The notes below the pieces were generated by a model that was not told the origin of the DNA, did no database searches, and saw nothing but the letters and a program-made list of their open reading frames with translations. The position numbers and the translations under genes were made by a program. A stretch of DNA of 64,000 nt, taken from IMG/VR virus record IMGVR_UViG_3300013232_000486; one strand, 5' to 3'. How positions within the stretch are numbered: the stretch's first letter is position 1; each line of letters starts with the position of its first letter. Below are positions 10,825 to 21,673 of this stretch, piece by piece. The stretch is from a virus (lineage: Duplodnaviria > Heunggongvirae > Uroviricota > Caudoviricetes).

Positions 10825-13800
10825 ATGGCATACACCAAGCTCTTCGACATAAGTACGAGAGAAACGATCTCTGGGACAAGGAGAGTTGCCCAGACCATTT
10901 CCGTTCCTACGGGAAGGCTTGACAAGGTTTCCTTGTTCTTGCAAGGCATCGTTGGAGAGTCGCTTACTGGAAACGAAACGACGGTACAAGTGGCCGTATA
11001 TGCCGTTGATTCTCAATACATACCAACTGGCGCGGCGTTGGTCGTTGACTCAAAGATGATCTCCGAGTTGACGACGCCCTCCTTCTACAACTTCGCCTTG
11101 AGCGCCGACGTGCCAATCACCGCTGCTGTTATCGTAAGTCTGGAGGGAGACGCTGGAAACTACGTCACGTGGTCATATGTCAATTATGACCGTGGCGGAG
11201 AACCCATGGCGGTTGATGACGGCGCTGGATGGCAGCAAGACTTCTACCGAAAGATGTCGTACGCCGCATATAGTGTGGTCGTGGGAGCCGTTACACTTGA
11301 TGACGAAAGGCCATATACGACCCCAGACTTTGACTCGTCAGACGCACGACCAGATATAGAGCCAGACATAATCCAGTCCGCCGAGATCCAGGCTGGAACC
11401 GCTTCTGTTTTGGCTGCAAACAGCAGGGAAGACTTCGAGGCGATGAACTTATGGCAAGGGCTGATTATAGGTGATACCGTAGCCATAAATGTAGGTACGT
11501 ATGTGATCACCCTTGTCGTCGACCATTCTGGGTCAATGACCTGGAACGATAACAACAACACGAGGATAGATTTCCTCAAGAGTTTTATAGACGACATTGA
11601 TACCAGCTTGCAGAATGCGGCAACGCCATCAAGGTACTACTTGTCACTCGGAGCCAGGACGAAAAACGGTACATGGGGATCGGTAAACCCGTGGACTGAG
11701 GGATTCGTCGAAGTACTGGCTGGCGAGGAATATGACACCACGATACTTATTGATGGCCAACAGGCCTCGTTGCTCGTGCAACAAGGCATGACGACCATTG
11801 GCTCTTTCACAACCACTCTCCCGGAAGCGCTCGCTAATTTCGGCCCTCTCAACCAGGCTATCATAGGAAGGTCGTCTGGGCAGACCGCCGATAGTTCATT
11901 CATAACGACCACGATCAAGGACATGCAAGTCACCACCCCGCCAGGAGTCGCGACGATATTTAGCGACTCCTTGACGTCTGATTTGGGATGGAACTTTTCT
12001 GATTCGGCAGAGGCAACTTTTTCTGCTCTTGGGCTTGACTTGACCGCATCAAGCGGAACAGATCAAGTCGGTTCTAGAGGAATGACGAGTTCCGTAGGGT
12101 CCTCGTTCACCATAAAGAGCACGATCAAGATAGATGCCGCGTCTGGGTTCTATGACTTGACTGCTGGAATCACGGCTGGGCGCGGTACGGGATACAACCA
12201 GAACCCCGCTGGAATATGGCTCGTGGCTGGGTTCGAGCGTGAGATCACTCCGCAAGTATCCTTTGAGATATTAAAGTTCAATGGAAGAAAGATCGCCAAG
12301 ATGAGGCTCCTTCTCAATGAGGAGTCGCAGAATGGGACGATGCTTCAGAACGTCGTCCTCTCAAGAAACGGCGTGGTGATCTACGAGGGGCTTAATGAGA
12401 AGCTCATAGATCGTGGGAGCAACGGGGTACCACTCACGGAAGGAACGATTTACACCTACACGATTTATTCCGTGGATAGCGCTGGGAATCAATCCGCCAT
12501 AAAGACCGTCACCGCCGCGCCAATGTCCGCCCCAAGATTTCCAATGGGATTGGCTGGTTTCAAGGCAGTCGAAGAAGTGGTTCTCGGGACGACCGATGAC
12601 GACGTCGGAAAGAGGCGAGTGAAACTATCATGGGTTCACGCCGCAAGTACCAGCTCAAGCCTGTCCTATAACAAAATCTACATCTTGAGGAGAGAGGACA
12701 GGCCTCCTGAATCCGTATTGGATGGAACTCTCGTTCTGTCCGCCGAGAGCACCGATCCTCTCTACAATTCTCCGTACTACGACTTTGACGTAGCTGGATA
12801 TGACAAGTCCACGTACCCTTGCGCAGGGCTTACATATTACTACGCGGCATTCACCGAGAACACGAGCGGAGCCAAATGCAAATTTGACAATGCAAGACAA
12901 GCCTCCGTAGAAATCTCTTCAAGTTCAAAGTCATGGGAACTTCTCGACCCAATCGTCATACCGCCAGATTATGATCCAACTCCTCCTGGAATCCCCTTAA
13001 GCGTAGTTGCCTTGCCTGGTCCAAGCGAAATCAAGCTTAACTGGGCGGCTGGGACGGGAGCCAAAAGATACGAGGTATACTACGGAGAAACCGAGTATCC
13101 AAGTCCTGGGATAGATCCAGACACGGGACTTCGAATTTATACGGCCCCGACGATCCAAAGCGCAACCCCAACAACGCTGACTCCGATATACAGCGGAAGC
13201 GACTTGTCGTTCGTCCATAGGGGACTTGAGAACTACGAGCCACACTACTATGTCATCGTTTCGTATGACGCGGTTGAAATACCATCCGCAGGAGTACAGA
13301 CCTTCGCAAGGCCAGATGACACGGTAACGTATTCCATACCGCCACTCGCCCCAGAGGAGTTCTCCGCCGATCCGTATAACGCCGAGGCAATAGTCGTTAC
13401 GTGGAAGCTCTCATTGCCAGACGCGACTAACGTTACCGCATACCATGGCGAAGCCGTAAACGTAGTCGCCGTTGTTACCTTTGACGATGACGAAGACGCT
13501 CCATTCACCTCTGATCTCAGTCTGGACGAGACCAGCAGAAGCGCCGAAGGATATTCTTTGACTGAAATGCCAAGAGACGTCATTATAGACACCTTTGGTC
13601 TTGGTACTTATAGCGACTTGGTTACTTCCATTCAGACTGCCCAAAGCGAGGCGCAAGCGGCTGCGGAGACAGCCCAAGCAGCGGCAGAAAACCCTGACCA
13701 GAACGCGCTGGCTAAGGAATCCGAAACTGTCGATACATCTGGTCCAACGGTACAAACTCAGACCGCTGTGGATCCAACCACGCTTCCAGCCATCTCCGTG

Positions 13801-15612
13801 GACAAGCTGACGCAGCAAGCCATAATCAACCCGATTTCAGCGATTAACTTCGGTAGGGGCAAGTCATACGAGCCGAACATAACCACTGGAACAATAAAGA
13901 TCGCCCCGAGTAGCTCGATTCAGAACTTCACGAAGTCGGCGCAATGTTCGTTTGAGACAAGCCTTTCCGTCACCGATAGGGACACTGGGATTATTCTCGC
14001 AAAGGTATACGGCGGGAACGGCAAGGTAACTTTCAATAACCCATTTGATTTGTCCATAAAAGACGATCCTCCACAGAAAATCAATCGTAGGACCGCATGG
14101 AGACAAAGCTGTTGTTGCCCCGCTGGAGAGAATTGTTTCCAAGCAACCGGAGACCCAGTTGAGTGTTCGGGCGGAGCAACCACAAGCAATGGACTTGGAT
14201 GGATCTGCGAAGAAGTTCCAGGAGTATACACGATATTGGGTGGTACTTTTACATTCACTGTCGAAGCCACCTGGAAAAACCTTCCCATAACCGATCCAGT
14301 TAATTTGGAGATTCGCATACTTGACGCGGCAACTGGAATCCAGTCTGCCGTGACCACTCTGCCTGGGGCGTCTGCGGACGGAGTTCTATATACCGCAACT
14401 TCATTCCAGGCTGAGGAAATAACGGACAGGGCTGGAAACCCGTCTGGATACACGACAAACTTCAACAAGACCTCCGTAACGTTGCCTTCCCAGAATGTTC
14501 CAGGTGACTACATCATAGAGGTGACGGCCAGGTATAACGGGTATTCTCGTACCTCTTCGCTTCCAGTGCATTACGAGCATCCGCTCAACATAGACATTAT
14601 CAGCAAAGAGTTCGTTCCTAATGGAATCGACATAGCGGAACAACAAGCGCGGGTCTACATTGGAGATCCGAAGTGGGACGCCTCAAAGAAGGTTCCAGTC
14701 CCAGATGGAACCGTGGTCAAGTGGACGCTGATTCCGGGAGGAAACTTCAAGAAGACCAGGCCGTTCTACTCGACCGAAAGTCTTGGCGGAACTGGCATCA
14801 AGTCCGTGACCAACGGCGGCATCGCGAAGAACGTGTTCTTCGGGCCTGGAGTAGACATTGAGGAATTTAAGTGTCTCACCACAGAGCCATGCCATGACTA
14901 TGAGTGGTACGTGGTGAGGGCCGACGTCTCTGCCTACGGACAGACCAAGACTGGCTACAACGTCATCTATCTGAATCCAACTCAAGGATCAGAAAGAGAC
15001 ATGAATCGAATATTCATGCGTCCATTGTATGGGTTCTCGACGGACACAATACCGTGTGACGGAGAGACTGTTAGCACGTGGGAAGTCCTTGGAGTCGCAA
15101 GAGAAGACGGCGACGTGACGGACATGGAATCGGGAGCCTATTTCCATGATCGCGTAACTTCCATGGGCGGCCTAGTTCCCGACCTTCCAGACGGTACGGT
15201 CGTGACGGTGTACGCTAATGCATATCAGTCCTCGTCCTCGGCGTCCGCAAGGGACAGGCTGAGGAATGCTGGTATCCCAGAGATAAAGACTGACTTGACC
15301 AATAGTCAGTTCGTGAAAGCCAACTATGCAAAGGCCACGATAATCGACGGAAAAGCCACTTTCCAAGTAAGACTGAATGCTCTGGCGAATGGGAAACCGA
15401 TCGAACAGCCAGAAGAGTTGCCAACGAACATGGTGTATGGACAACAGTTGCCATTCAACTCCTCGCCGATCGTCTTCTACATGACGTCAGTCGCGAACTT
15501 GACCGTGAGAGGCAAAACGCTGACTTTCTGGGGTGGTGGAAAAGACTTGTCATATAGCGCTCCGCCATGCTGGTTGTCATTCACGGAGCCCTTGGGGACG
15601 AGGCAAATATAA
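10825..15612 (+). CDS. Large virion protein with the N-terminal part of a vWA domain (DHSGS MIDAS motif) and FN3-like repeats
   Basis: ATG at 10825 follows GAGGA (track start 10813 is TTG). VITLVVDHSGSMTWND at about 11503-11550, three FN3-like repeats ending in YTY/YYY/HYY, and a Cys-rich insert. Confidence 0.7.
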   Translation: MAYTKLFDISTRETISGTRRVAQTISVPTGRLDKVSLFLQGIVGESLTGNETTVQVAVYAVDSQYIPTGAALVVDSKMISELTTPSFYNFALSADVPITAAVIVSLEGDAGNYVTWSYVNYDRGGEPMAVDDGAGWQQDFYRKMSYAAYSVVVGAVTLDDERPYTTPDFDSSDARPDIEPDIIQSAEIQAGTASVLAANSREDFEAMNLWQGLIIGDTVAINVGTYVITLVVDHSGSMTWNDNNNTRIDFLKSFIDDIDTSLQNAATPSRYYLSLGARTKNGTWGSVNPWTEGFVEVLAGEEYDTTILIDGQQASLLVQQGMTTIGSFTTTLPEALANFGPLNQAIIGRSSGQTADSSFITTTIKDMQVTTPPGVATIFSDSLTSDLGWNFSDSAEATFSALGLDLTASSGTDQVGSRGMTSSVGSSFTIKSTIKIDAASGFYDLTAGITAGRGTGYNQNPAGIWLVAGFEREITPQVSFEILKFNGRKIAKMRLLLNEESQNGTMLQNVVLSRNGVVIYEGLNEKLIDRGSNGVPLTEGTIYTYTIYSVDSAGNQSAIKTVTAAPMSAPRFPMGLAGFKAVEEVVLGTTDDDVGKRRVKLSWVHAASTSSSLSYNKIYILRREDRPPESVLDGTLVLSAESTDPLYNSPYYDFDVAGYDKSTYPCAGLTYYYAAFTENTSGAKCKFDNARQASVEISSSSKSWELLDPIVIPPDYDPTPPGIPLSVVALPGPSEIKLNWAAGTGAKRYEVYYGETEYPSPGIDPDTGLRIYTAPTIQSATPTTLTPIYSGSDLSFVHRGLENYEPHYYVIVSYDAVEIPSAGVQTFARPDDTVTYSIPPLAPEEFSADPYNAEAIVVTWKLSLPDATNVTAYHGEAVNVVAVVTFDDDEDAPFTSDLSLDETSRSAEGYSLTEMPRDVIIDTFGLGTYSDLVTSIQTAQSEAQAAAETAQAAAENPDQNALAKESETVDTSGPTVQTQTAVDPTTLPAISVDKLTQQAIINPISAINFGRGKSYEPNITTGTIKIAPSSSIQNFTKSAQCSFETSLSVTDRDTGIILAKVYGGNGKVTFNNPFDLSIKDDPPQKINRRTAWRQSCCCPAGENCFQATGDPVECSGGATTSNGLGWICEEVPGVYTILGGTFTFTVEATWKNLPITDPVNLEIRILDAATGIQSAVTTLPGASADGVLYTATSFQAEEITDRAGNPSGYTTNFNKTSVTLPSQNVPGDYIIEVTARYNGYSRTSSLPVHYEHPLNIDIISKEFVPNGIDIAEQQARVYIGDPKWDASKKVPVPDGTVVKWTLIPGGNFKKTRPFYSTESLGGTGIKSVTNGGIAKNVFFGPGVDIEEFKCLTTEPCHDYEWYVVRADVSAYGQTKTGYNVIYLNPTQGSERDMNRIFMRPLYGFSTDTIPCDGETVSTWEVLGVAREDGDVTDMESGAYFHDRVTSMGGLVPDLPDGTVVTVYANAYQSSSSASARDRLRNAGIPEIKTDLTNSQFVKANYAKATIIDGKATFQVRLNALANGKPIEQPEELPTNMVYGQQLPFNSSPIVFYMTSVANLTVRGKTLTFWGGGKDLSYSAPPCWLSFTEPLGTRQI

Positions 15613-18600
15613 TGCTCTGGGCTCAAATCGGCGACATGCGCGTGAAGGAATGCCCCAGCGATGGCAAGACCTCGCTTAGCTTCTATTCTGCATTCTCTTG
15701 GAACGGAGAAATCCTTGATCCAGAGAGGTCAGATACTGGTCCATATGTCATACATTTCCTCGCTGGCGCTCTGAACGTACCGAATACCGAGAACTCCGTC
15801 CCTCCGACCTCACTTGACGAGTTGCTGAACTATTTCTCGCCAATTAATGGCGTTGAGTTTGAGAATGAAAGCGCAGTTCCTGAATACCAAGCCGTGGTCA
15901 ACGACAAAAACGAGCTGGTCACTCTCCCAGTAGCCATGGCAAGGCTCAAGCCAATCTCCAGGACAGACTTGGACAAGATGGACATAATCGCGTACACGGA
16001 CTACGACAAGCTGGGAGAGATCAAGAGGTTCTCGTTCGAGACCGTAAGCTTCACGTTCAACACAAAGTCTGGTGATAACAACACATTCTTGAACAAGGCG
16101 GAGAGGCTCAATTCATCAACCAACACATGGGAAGAGATCGGATCGATGGCGTACCAAAGGGTCTCCCCGTTCTCGGCCTCTGCGAATGGCAAAGTTTACG
16201 TGTTTGGCGGATACGATGGAAACAGCTACGTTCAGGAATACGAGTCCTATGATGACGCCAATGGATGGCAAACCGTTGGCAGAGCTTCAGCGGCCCACGG
16301 GTTCGGGATGACCGTTTCCTACGGTGGGATGATCTACCTGATCGGCGGGATGAACTTCTCCGGCGTCTCAAACGCCATGACACAATATGACCCAATTGGA
16401 AACGCGTTCACGTCGTTCCCAACGATGCCACAAGGCGTCGCTATGGGCGCGGCGGTCATGAATGGATCAGACCTATACGTGCTGTTCGGAGCGTCATCAG
16501 CTAGCATAGAATCCAGTGGGGACTCTGTATCCGCGTTCAACTACGGCATTTTCAAGTACGACTTATCTTTGGGAGCTGGCGGATCATGGAGCATTGAAAA
16601 GCTCAATGTAGTAGGCCAGACCGTAACGTTGTCCGTAGACATGGACGTTGGAGTCACGGCTGTAGCAACAACGACCTCTCCGACTGCTCCAAATGGAATC
16701 GCCATAATCAATGAGGGACAGCCAACCGAAGAGGTCGTTTGCTTTAATGGAAACAAGGGGACTGGGCCGTTCCAGCTATCCAAGGCCACGTCCTACGCAC
16801 ATGTTATCGGTGAGACGTTCAAAATCATAAACTTGACAGAGAACAGGCTTAGTCCGAATGCCTCGTATGCTGGATCCGTGATCAGGGTGTTTGATGGCAT
16901 CTCATTCTATGGCTATACGTCTAAGGCCCAGTTCATATACAAGGGCGTTAGCGCGGACTATGACCCAGTAGCCAAGACTTATACCGCCAAAACCAGCAAA
17001 CCAAACGTTTCAAGGGCAAAGGCCCAATTTGAAAGCGCTGGTGGAACATGGTACTTGCTGGGAGGAAGCGCAGAGAAGTCGCAGTGGCTTGACGACACGG
17101 AATCCTATGACTTGCTTGGCGACTCGTTTACGTATCTTGGTCGAACGGCCAACATGACGTATCCAAGGTATAGCTTCGGATCAGCCGTCCTAAATGATTA
17201 CATCTATGCCCTTGGTGGAATCGGAAGCGGACACGAGCCTGGCTGGTTGAAAATCTCCATAAAGGCAAACCCAACGTCTGTCAAGGCTGATGGCGTTCAA
17301 ACCGCGAGCATAACGGTCGAGGCAACCGATGTCAGCGGAGATCCGCCGCCAGACGGAACGCAGTTCCTGACGAAGGGGCTTATCTCGTTTCCGATGACGG
17401 ACAAACAAAGGGATAGTTACAAGACAAAAATCGACGAGCTAAAACAATCCCTTGGGGAAGCCACGGCGACAACCTCCACGACCACCACAACAACAGCCAG
17501 CAAGGCTCCGACTGCCCCTCAATGGATTTCAATTCTCCCCGTATTGTTCTCGTCGAAGAGCTTTGAAATGACAAACGGGATAGCTGGGACTACGGTTCTA
17601 GCCAGGTCGGAAGACCCGATCAAGGAAGTCGATTCGTTATTTAGCTTCTTGGTCGGTGGAGAAGTCGCCCAAGACCAGCAGAAGTTCAAGGAACTTGCCT
17701 CGTCTCAACTAGACCAATTGAGGCAAAGCAAGGTCGGCGACAAGCGAGATCTGTATACCGCCGCCATAGAAGTATCTTGCGTAGACGACTTCTATTATGG
17801 AACCACAAACACAGACTTGGCGTTGTACGCTGCATCAGCCCTACAAGAGACCACCGCTGATGGGGTTCCGTCTTCAAAGGCCATTGGAGCACAACAAGCG
17901 GTCGCCGACGCAGAACAAGGACTTGGAGAAGCTGGATTCTCCATCGTCGGTTCGCCAGCAGCCCAAGGCTTATCCGCGAGTGTTTCTTTCTATAGCGACA
18001 TCTCTTCCATTCCTAACGTACAGAGAATAACCTCAGAGCCAGTAACCCCTACGGTGGCCAAGGCAGACTTGACGACGCTGCTAGATGAAATCCCATTCGG
18101 AGCAAGCCCGCATTATGACGCCCTCGTGAAAGCCGCTGGAGTAAGAGCTTCGGACAGCCAAGCGAGCAGCGTCAGAAACATGATCCTCAGCGTAAGCGAC
18201 AATGAGGAGAGTTTGTCGGCATCCTCCGCAGACGACGTTGTGAACGCGGCGAATGCTGTGGCTGGCGACGGTCAATGCCCAGTATTCGTGACCAACTTTG
18301 TGGTCACGGATCCAATCAGCCTGTCGGCTCGCAGAGCAAGGACCGACGTGGCAGATCTGGAATTGATATCGGAAGGGACTGGAGGAAACTCATTCTCCGT
18401 CGTCGATCCAAGCTATATCGACTTCGTAATCTCAAGGATCAAGACGGCGGCTCCATCCAGCTTGTCGGCATGTACGCTCATAGGCGACTATGAGCTGGAA
18501 GGTCCGCTGAACTCAATTTCGTTCTCGCTTGTCGGATCACTGACTGGATCAGAGGCATCGATGGAGTTGTTCTCCAGTGACGACGGATACAACTTTGATC

Positions 18601-20231
18601 CAGTCAGCACAAACTTGAAGTCTATCGAGTCGGCATCCGCAACGTACACGTTCCCAGAACCTCTGGTCAAGAAGTACATTCGTTTCTCGTTCACAATGAG
18701 TACGACCACGTTCATATCTCCGCGATTGACCACCATCGCGTTCACGTTCGTTCAGCCCAACATACAGTACTTGTTTACCTATCCACAACTCGTCTCTGGC
18801 CAGGTCGCCGAGTTGGCCGCTGTCGTGAACCATCGCTTGCCAGAAGGATGTACGGTCGAGATCGGGCTGTGTCACGGAGAGTCTTTCTTCTTTGACCGAG
18901 ATTACAAGAGTGTTGTACAACCAGTAATCAAAGAGCGTGGCGTAATTCTTGCCATAAACAGATCTTATGATACGTATCTCGGAAGCGATTCTACGATGGA
19001 CAGGTTGCAGACCGACGACTTCCAACTGTACCGCTCGGTATCTGGCGGATGGAAACAAGAGTCGATAAACGTGCTTGTGAACAATGTCTCGGCGCTTCCG
19101 ACCACGTACAAGATATACCCAGAGGAAGGCGTCATCGTCTTCAACTCGAAGCTTGACCCGCAAGACGTCGTTGCTGTCACTGACGTCAAGCAGCCTTCTC
19201 AGTTCAGGGTCGGACTTAAGATCACCAACCCGACATTGACGGCTGGCAGGCTTGACGAGTTCGCCTATTCTTGGACTGGAACAGAAGACGCCATAGGAGG
19301 AAGGTCCAATAGGGCGCCTAGGGCGATTAATCTGTTCATATCTCCAGTACCATCAATGCCTGGTGGCCCGCTGGTAGCCAACTACACGTTCATTGATCCA
19401 GACGGAGACTCCGAAGACATAACGCAGACTGAGATAACTTGGTACAGAAACGGAATGCCCATACCAGACGTGAAGGACAAGAAGACCATAAAGAACTCGG
19501 ACTTCTTCGCCAAGGTAGCCGACAAAGATCCTGGTATCGTTAAGAGCCAGGAATGGTTCTTCACCGTCAGGCCAAGTGATGGTCGGTCATATGGCCCATT
19601 GGCCACAAGCCCGAAAATCATAATCTCCAACAATCCTCCAGTGGTCTCAAAGGCCAGGCTCGTGTCGTCCAATAAGGATCCATTGGTATTCACCACGTTG
19701 GACGTGGTCAAGGTCGAGGTTAAGGTAACTGATTCCGACACCGACACGCCGAAGACTGGCGTCTACACTTGGTATGTCGATGACGTCCCAGTCAAGAGCG
19801 GCACGTCTAGCCAGATAGGACCAGAAGAGAAGGATGCTTCTGGAAATAGATATCTAGCGGCTGAGGCGGTAGTTAGATGCGAAGTGGTACCTTACGACGG
19901 AACAGACTATGGCGATCCGTTCTTCACAGACAGCGTCACCATCCAGGCCTCGCCTCCTCAGGTAAGCCAGGTCGCCGTAACGCCTTCGTCGCCGACTCTT
20001 TTAAGCAACCTGAGGATCTCGTACAAGTATAATGATCCAGACAGTCTTCCAGACAAGAGTCTGGTTCGATGGTACAAGGATGGTACGAGGATCTCCGAGC
20101 TTGATGACTTGAAGCAGATCTCTCGCGTATTGCTTGCCCCTGGACAGAAGTGGCAAGCCGGAGTCATCCCGAGTAATGGCCTTTCACAAGGAGACGAAGT
20201 CAAGTCAAACACCGTCGAAGTGACCTTCTGA
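15612..20231 (+). CDS. Large virion protein: Kelch propeller, invasin-type Ig, C-terminal part of a vWA domain, three C-terminal Ig-like repeats
   Basis: TAATG coupling at 15610-15614 with GAGG SD. Kelch (GKVYVFGGYDG, GMIYLIGG, DYIYALGG); ANPTSVKADGVQTASIT (Big-1-like); GASPHYDAL/ILSVSDNEE/ISEGTGG; DxDxD...WY repeats. Confidence 0.72.
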   Translation: MLWAQIGDMRVKECPSDGKTSLSFYSAFSWNGEILDPERSDTGPYVIHFLAGALNVPNTENSVPPTSLDELLNYFSPINGVEFENESAVPEYQAVVNDKNELVTLPVAMARLKPISRTDLDKMDIIAYTDYDKLGEIKRFSFETVSFTFNTKSGDNNTFLNKAERLNSSTNTWEEIGSMAYQRVSPFSASANGKVYVFGGYDGNSYVQEYESYDDANGWQTVGRASAAHGFGMTVSYGGMIYLIGGMNFSGVSNAMTQYDPIGNAFTSFPTMPQGVAMGAAVMNGSDLYVLFGASSASIESSGDSVSAFNYGIFKYDLSLGAGGSWSIEKLNVVGQTVTLSVDMDVGVTAVATTTSPTAPNGIAIINEGQPTEEVVCFNGNKGTGPFQLSKATSYAHVIGETFKIINLTENRLSPNASYAGSVIRVFDGISFYGYTSKAQFIYKGVSADYDPVAKTYTAKTSKPNVSRAKAQFESAGGTWYLLGGSAEKSQWLDDTESYDLLGDSFTYLGRTANMTYPRYSFGSAVLNDYIYALGGIGSGHEPGWLKISIKANPTSVKADGVQTASITVEATDVSGDPPPDGTQFLTKGLISFPMTDKQRDSYKTKIDELKQSLGEATATTSTTTTTTASKAPTAPQWISILPVLFSSKSFEMTNGIAGTTVLARSEDPIKEVDSLFSFLVGGEVAQDQQKFKELASSQLDQLRQSKVGDKRDLYTAAIEVSCVDDFYYGTTNTDLALYAASALQETTADGVPSSKAIGAQQAVADAEQGLGEAGFSIVGSPAAQGLSASVSFYSDISSIPNVQRITSEPVTPTVAKADLTTLLDEIPFGASPHYDALVKAAGVRASDSQASSVRNMILSVSDNEESLSASSADDVVNAANAVAGDGQCPVFVTNFVVTDPISLSARRARTDVADLELISEGTGGNSFSVVDPSYIDFVISRIKTAAPSSLSACTLIGDYELEGPLNSISFSLVGSLTGSEASMELFSSDDGYNFDPVSTNLKSIESASATYTFPEPLVKKYIRFSFTMSTTTFISPRLTTIAFTFVQPNIQYLFTYPQLVSGQVAELAAVVNHRLPEGCTVEIGLCHGESFFFDRDYKSVVQPVIKERGVILAINRSYDTYLGSDSTMDRLQTDDFQLYRSVSGGWKQESINVLVNNVSALPTTYKIYPEEGVIVFNSKLDPQDVVAVTDVKQPSQFRVGLKITNPTLTAGRLDEFAYSWTGTEDAIGGRSNRAPRAINLFISPVPSMPGGPLVANYTFIDPDGDSEDITQTEITWYRNGMPIPDVKDKKTIKNSDFFAKVADKDPGIVKSQEWFFTVRPSDGRSYGPLATSPKIIISNNPPVVSKARLVSSNKDPLVFTTLDVVKVEVKVTDSDTDTPKTGVYTWYVDDVPVKSGTSSQIGPEEKDASGNRYLAAEAVVRCEVVPYDGTDYGDPFFTDSVTIQASPPQVSQVAVTPSSPTLLSNLRISYKYNDPDSLPDKSLVRWYKDGTRISELDDLKQISRVLLAPGQKWQAGVIPSNGLSQGDEVKSNTVEVTF

Positions 20232-20248
20232 ATAGCAAGGAATGAACC

Positions 20249-21673
20249 ATGAGAGTTGTAAACCAGTGCGATAATTCAGTATACCTGAATGATGTTGACT
20301 TCATCATTCCGTTCAATCCAGACGGAACCCCATTCCACATACCAGACGAGATAGCCAACAAGTCCGTCACTCTCTCCATTTGCTTGGCCAAGGGAATGTT
20401 GTTCGACGTGGAAAAGGGAACCGCCACGCCAGGAGCATTCATGAAGAAGAAGTCCGTGTTATGCGATGACAAGCCAAGACTTCCCATGGATGACCTAATC
20501 AACGACGACAAAAAGGTAAGCGAATACTTCCCCGAAGCCACGTACGCCGCGTGGCATGGGCCAGCCTACGATTATGGTGGCTACGCGAACATGAACCGCA
20601 GGTTTATGTTCGGGTTGAACGAGCTTGGCGCGAAGATAAGATACGACAAGGTCGCGTCTATAAACGATGCCGACATGGACATCGTCGGACGCCTCGAGAA
20701 GCTATCTCTGACCAAGATACCGAAATGGGCTCCAAAGATTTACGGGATGACCGCCCCTCTACATTACGACTGGTCGAGATACAAGATGCTGTTTACGATG
20801 ATGGAGACTCGCAGACTCCATCCTCACTACGTCGACAGATGCAACTGCGCCGACGAGATCATCGTCCCTTCAAAATGGTGCAAGCAAGAGTTTGAAGAGA
20901 GCGGCGTCACAAAACCAGTCAAGGTCGTGCCTCTTGGGGTGAACACGGACTTGTACCGCCCCGGCGTTGAGCCCATAGGCTTCTCCAAGTCCTTGAAGGA
21001 CTTCGTGTTCGTCTCTGTTTTTGGATGGTCTATGCGTAAGGGATACGACGTCTTGCTGAAGGCATATTTCTCCGAATTTACGTCAGACGATCCAGTGTCC
21101 CTTCTGATCATGTCGCGCTACTACGGGTCCACCGACGAGAGCAAGAAGAAGGTCATCCGCGAAGACATCCAGCGCATGGCCTCGCTTGTCCCCAATACCA
21201 AGAAGCCGCATGTCATGCTGTTTGGAGATACACTTTCGGAACAAATGATGCCAGCCCTTTATGCGGCGGCGGACTGCTATGTTCTCATCAGTCGAGGAGA
21301 GGGATTCGGCTTGCCATACTGCGAGGCCTCCGCTTGCGGCTTGCCAGTGATCGGATCCAGATACTCTGGACAAACCGACTTCTTGGACGATGAGAACTCG
21401 TATCTCGTAGACGTCGACGGATATAGCAAAGCCGAGAAAGACATCTCATGGATATCCTACTTCTATGAGAACCAAGAGTTTCCAACGCTAGGACCAAAAG
21501 CCGTAGAGCAAACCCGCTATCACATGAGGCAAGTCTTCGAGAACCGTGATGAGGCGCAGCGCAAGGCACAACTGCTCAGAAACAAGGTAGTAAAGGAATA
21601 TGACTGGTCGGTCGGAATAAGAAAGATGCAGGATGAACTGAAGCGTGTCAATGAGGAGCTAAAGCCAAAATGA
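20249..21673 (+). CDS. GT-B (GT4-like) glycosyltransferase with an extra N-terminal small domain
   Basis: SRGEGFGLPYCEASACGLPVI signature; RKGYDVLLKAY; SD AAGGA. Confidence 0.9.
   Translation: MRVVNQCDNSVYLNDVDFIIPFNPDGTPFHIPDEIANKSVTLSICLAKGMLFDVEKGTATPGAFMKKKSVLCDDKPRLPMDDLINDDKKVSEYFPEATYAAWHGPAYDYGGYANMNRRFMFGLNELGAKIRYDKVASINDADMDIVGRLEKLSLTKIPKWAPKIYGMTAPLHYDWSRYKMLFTMMETRRLHPHYVDRCNCADEIIVPSKWCKQEFEESGVTKPVKVVPLGVNTDLYRPGVEPIGFSKSLKDFVFVSVFGWSMRKGYDVLLKAYFSEFTSDDPVSLLIMSRYYGSTDESKKKVIREDIQRMASLVPNTKKPHVMLFGDTLSEQMMPALYAAADCYVLISRGEGFGLPYCEASACGLPVIGSRYSGQTDFLDDENSYLVDVDGYSKAEKDISWISYFYENQEFPTLGPKAVEQTRYHMRQVFENRDEAQRKAQLLRNKVVKEYDWSVGIRKMQDELKRVNEELKPK

Noticed and set aside
15558-15614. 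Programmed frameshift fusing the two vWA-half genes
   Set aside because: No X XXY YYZ heptamer; the SD and TAATG coupling support separate initiation.
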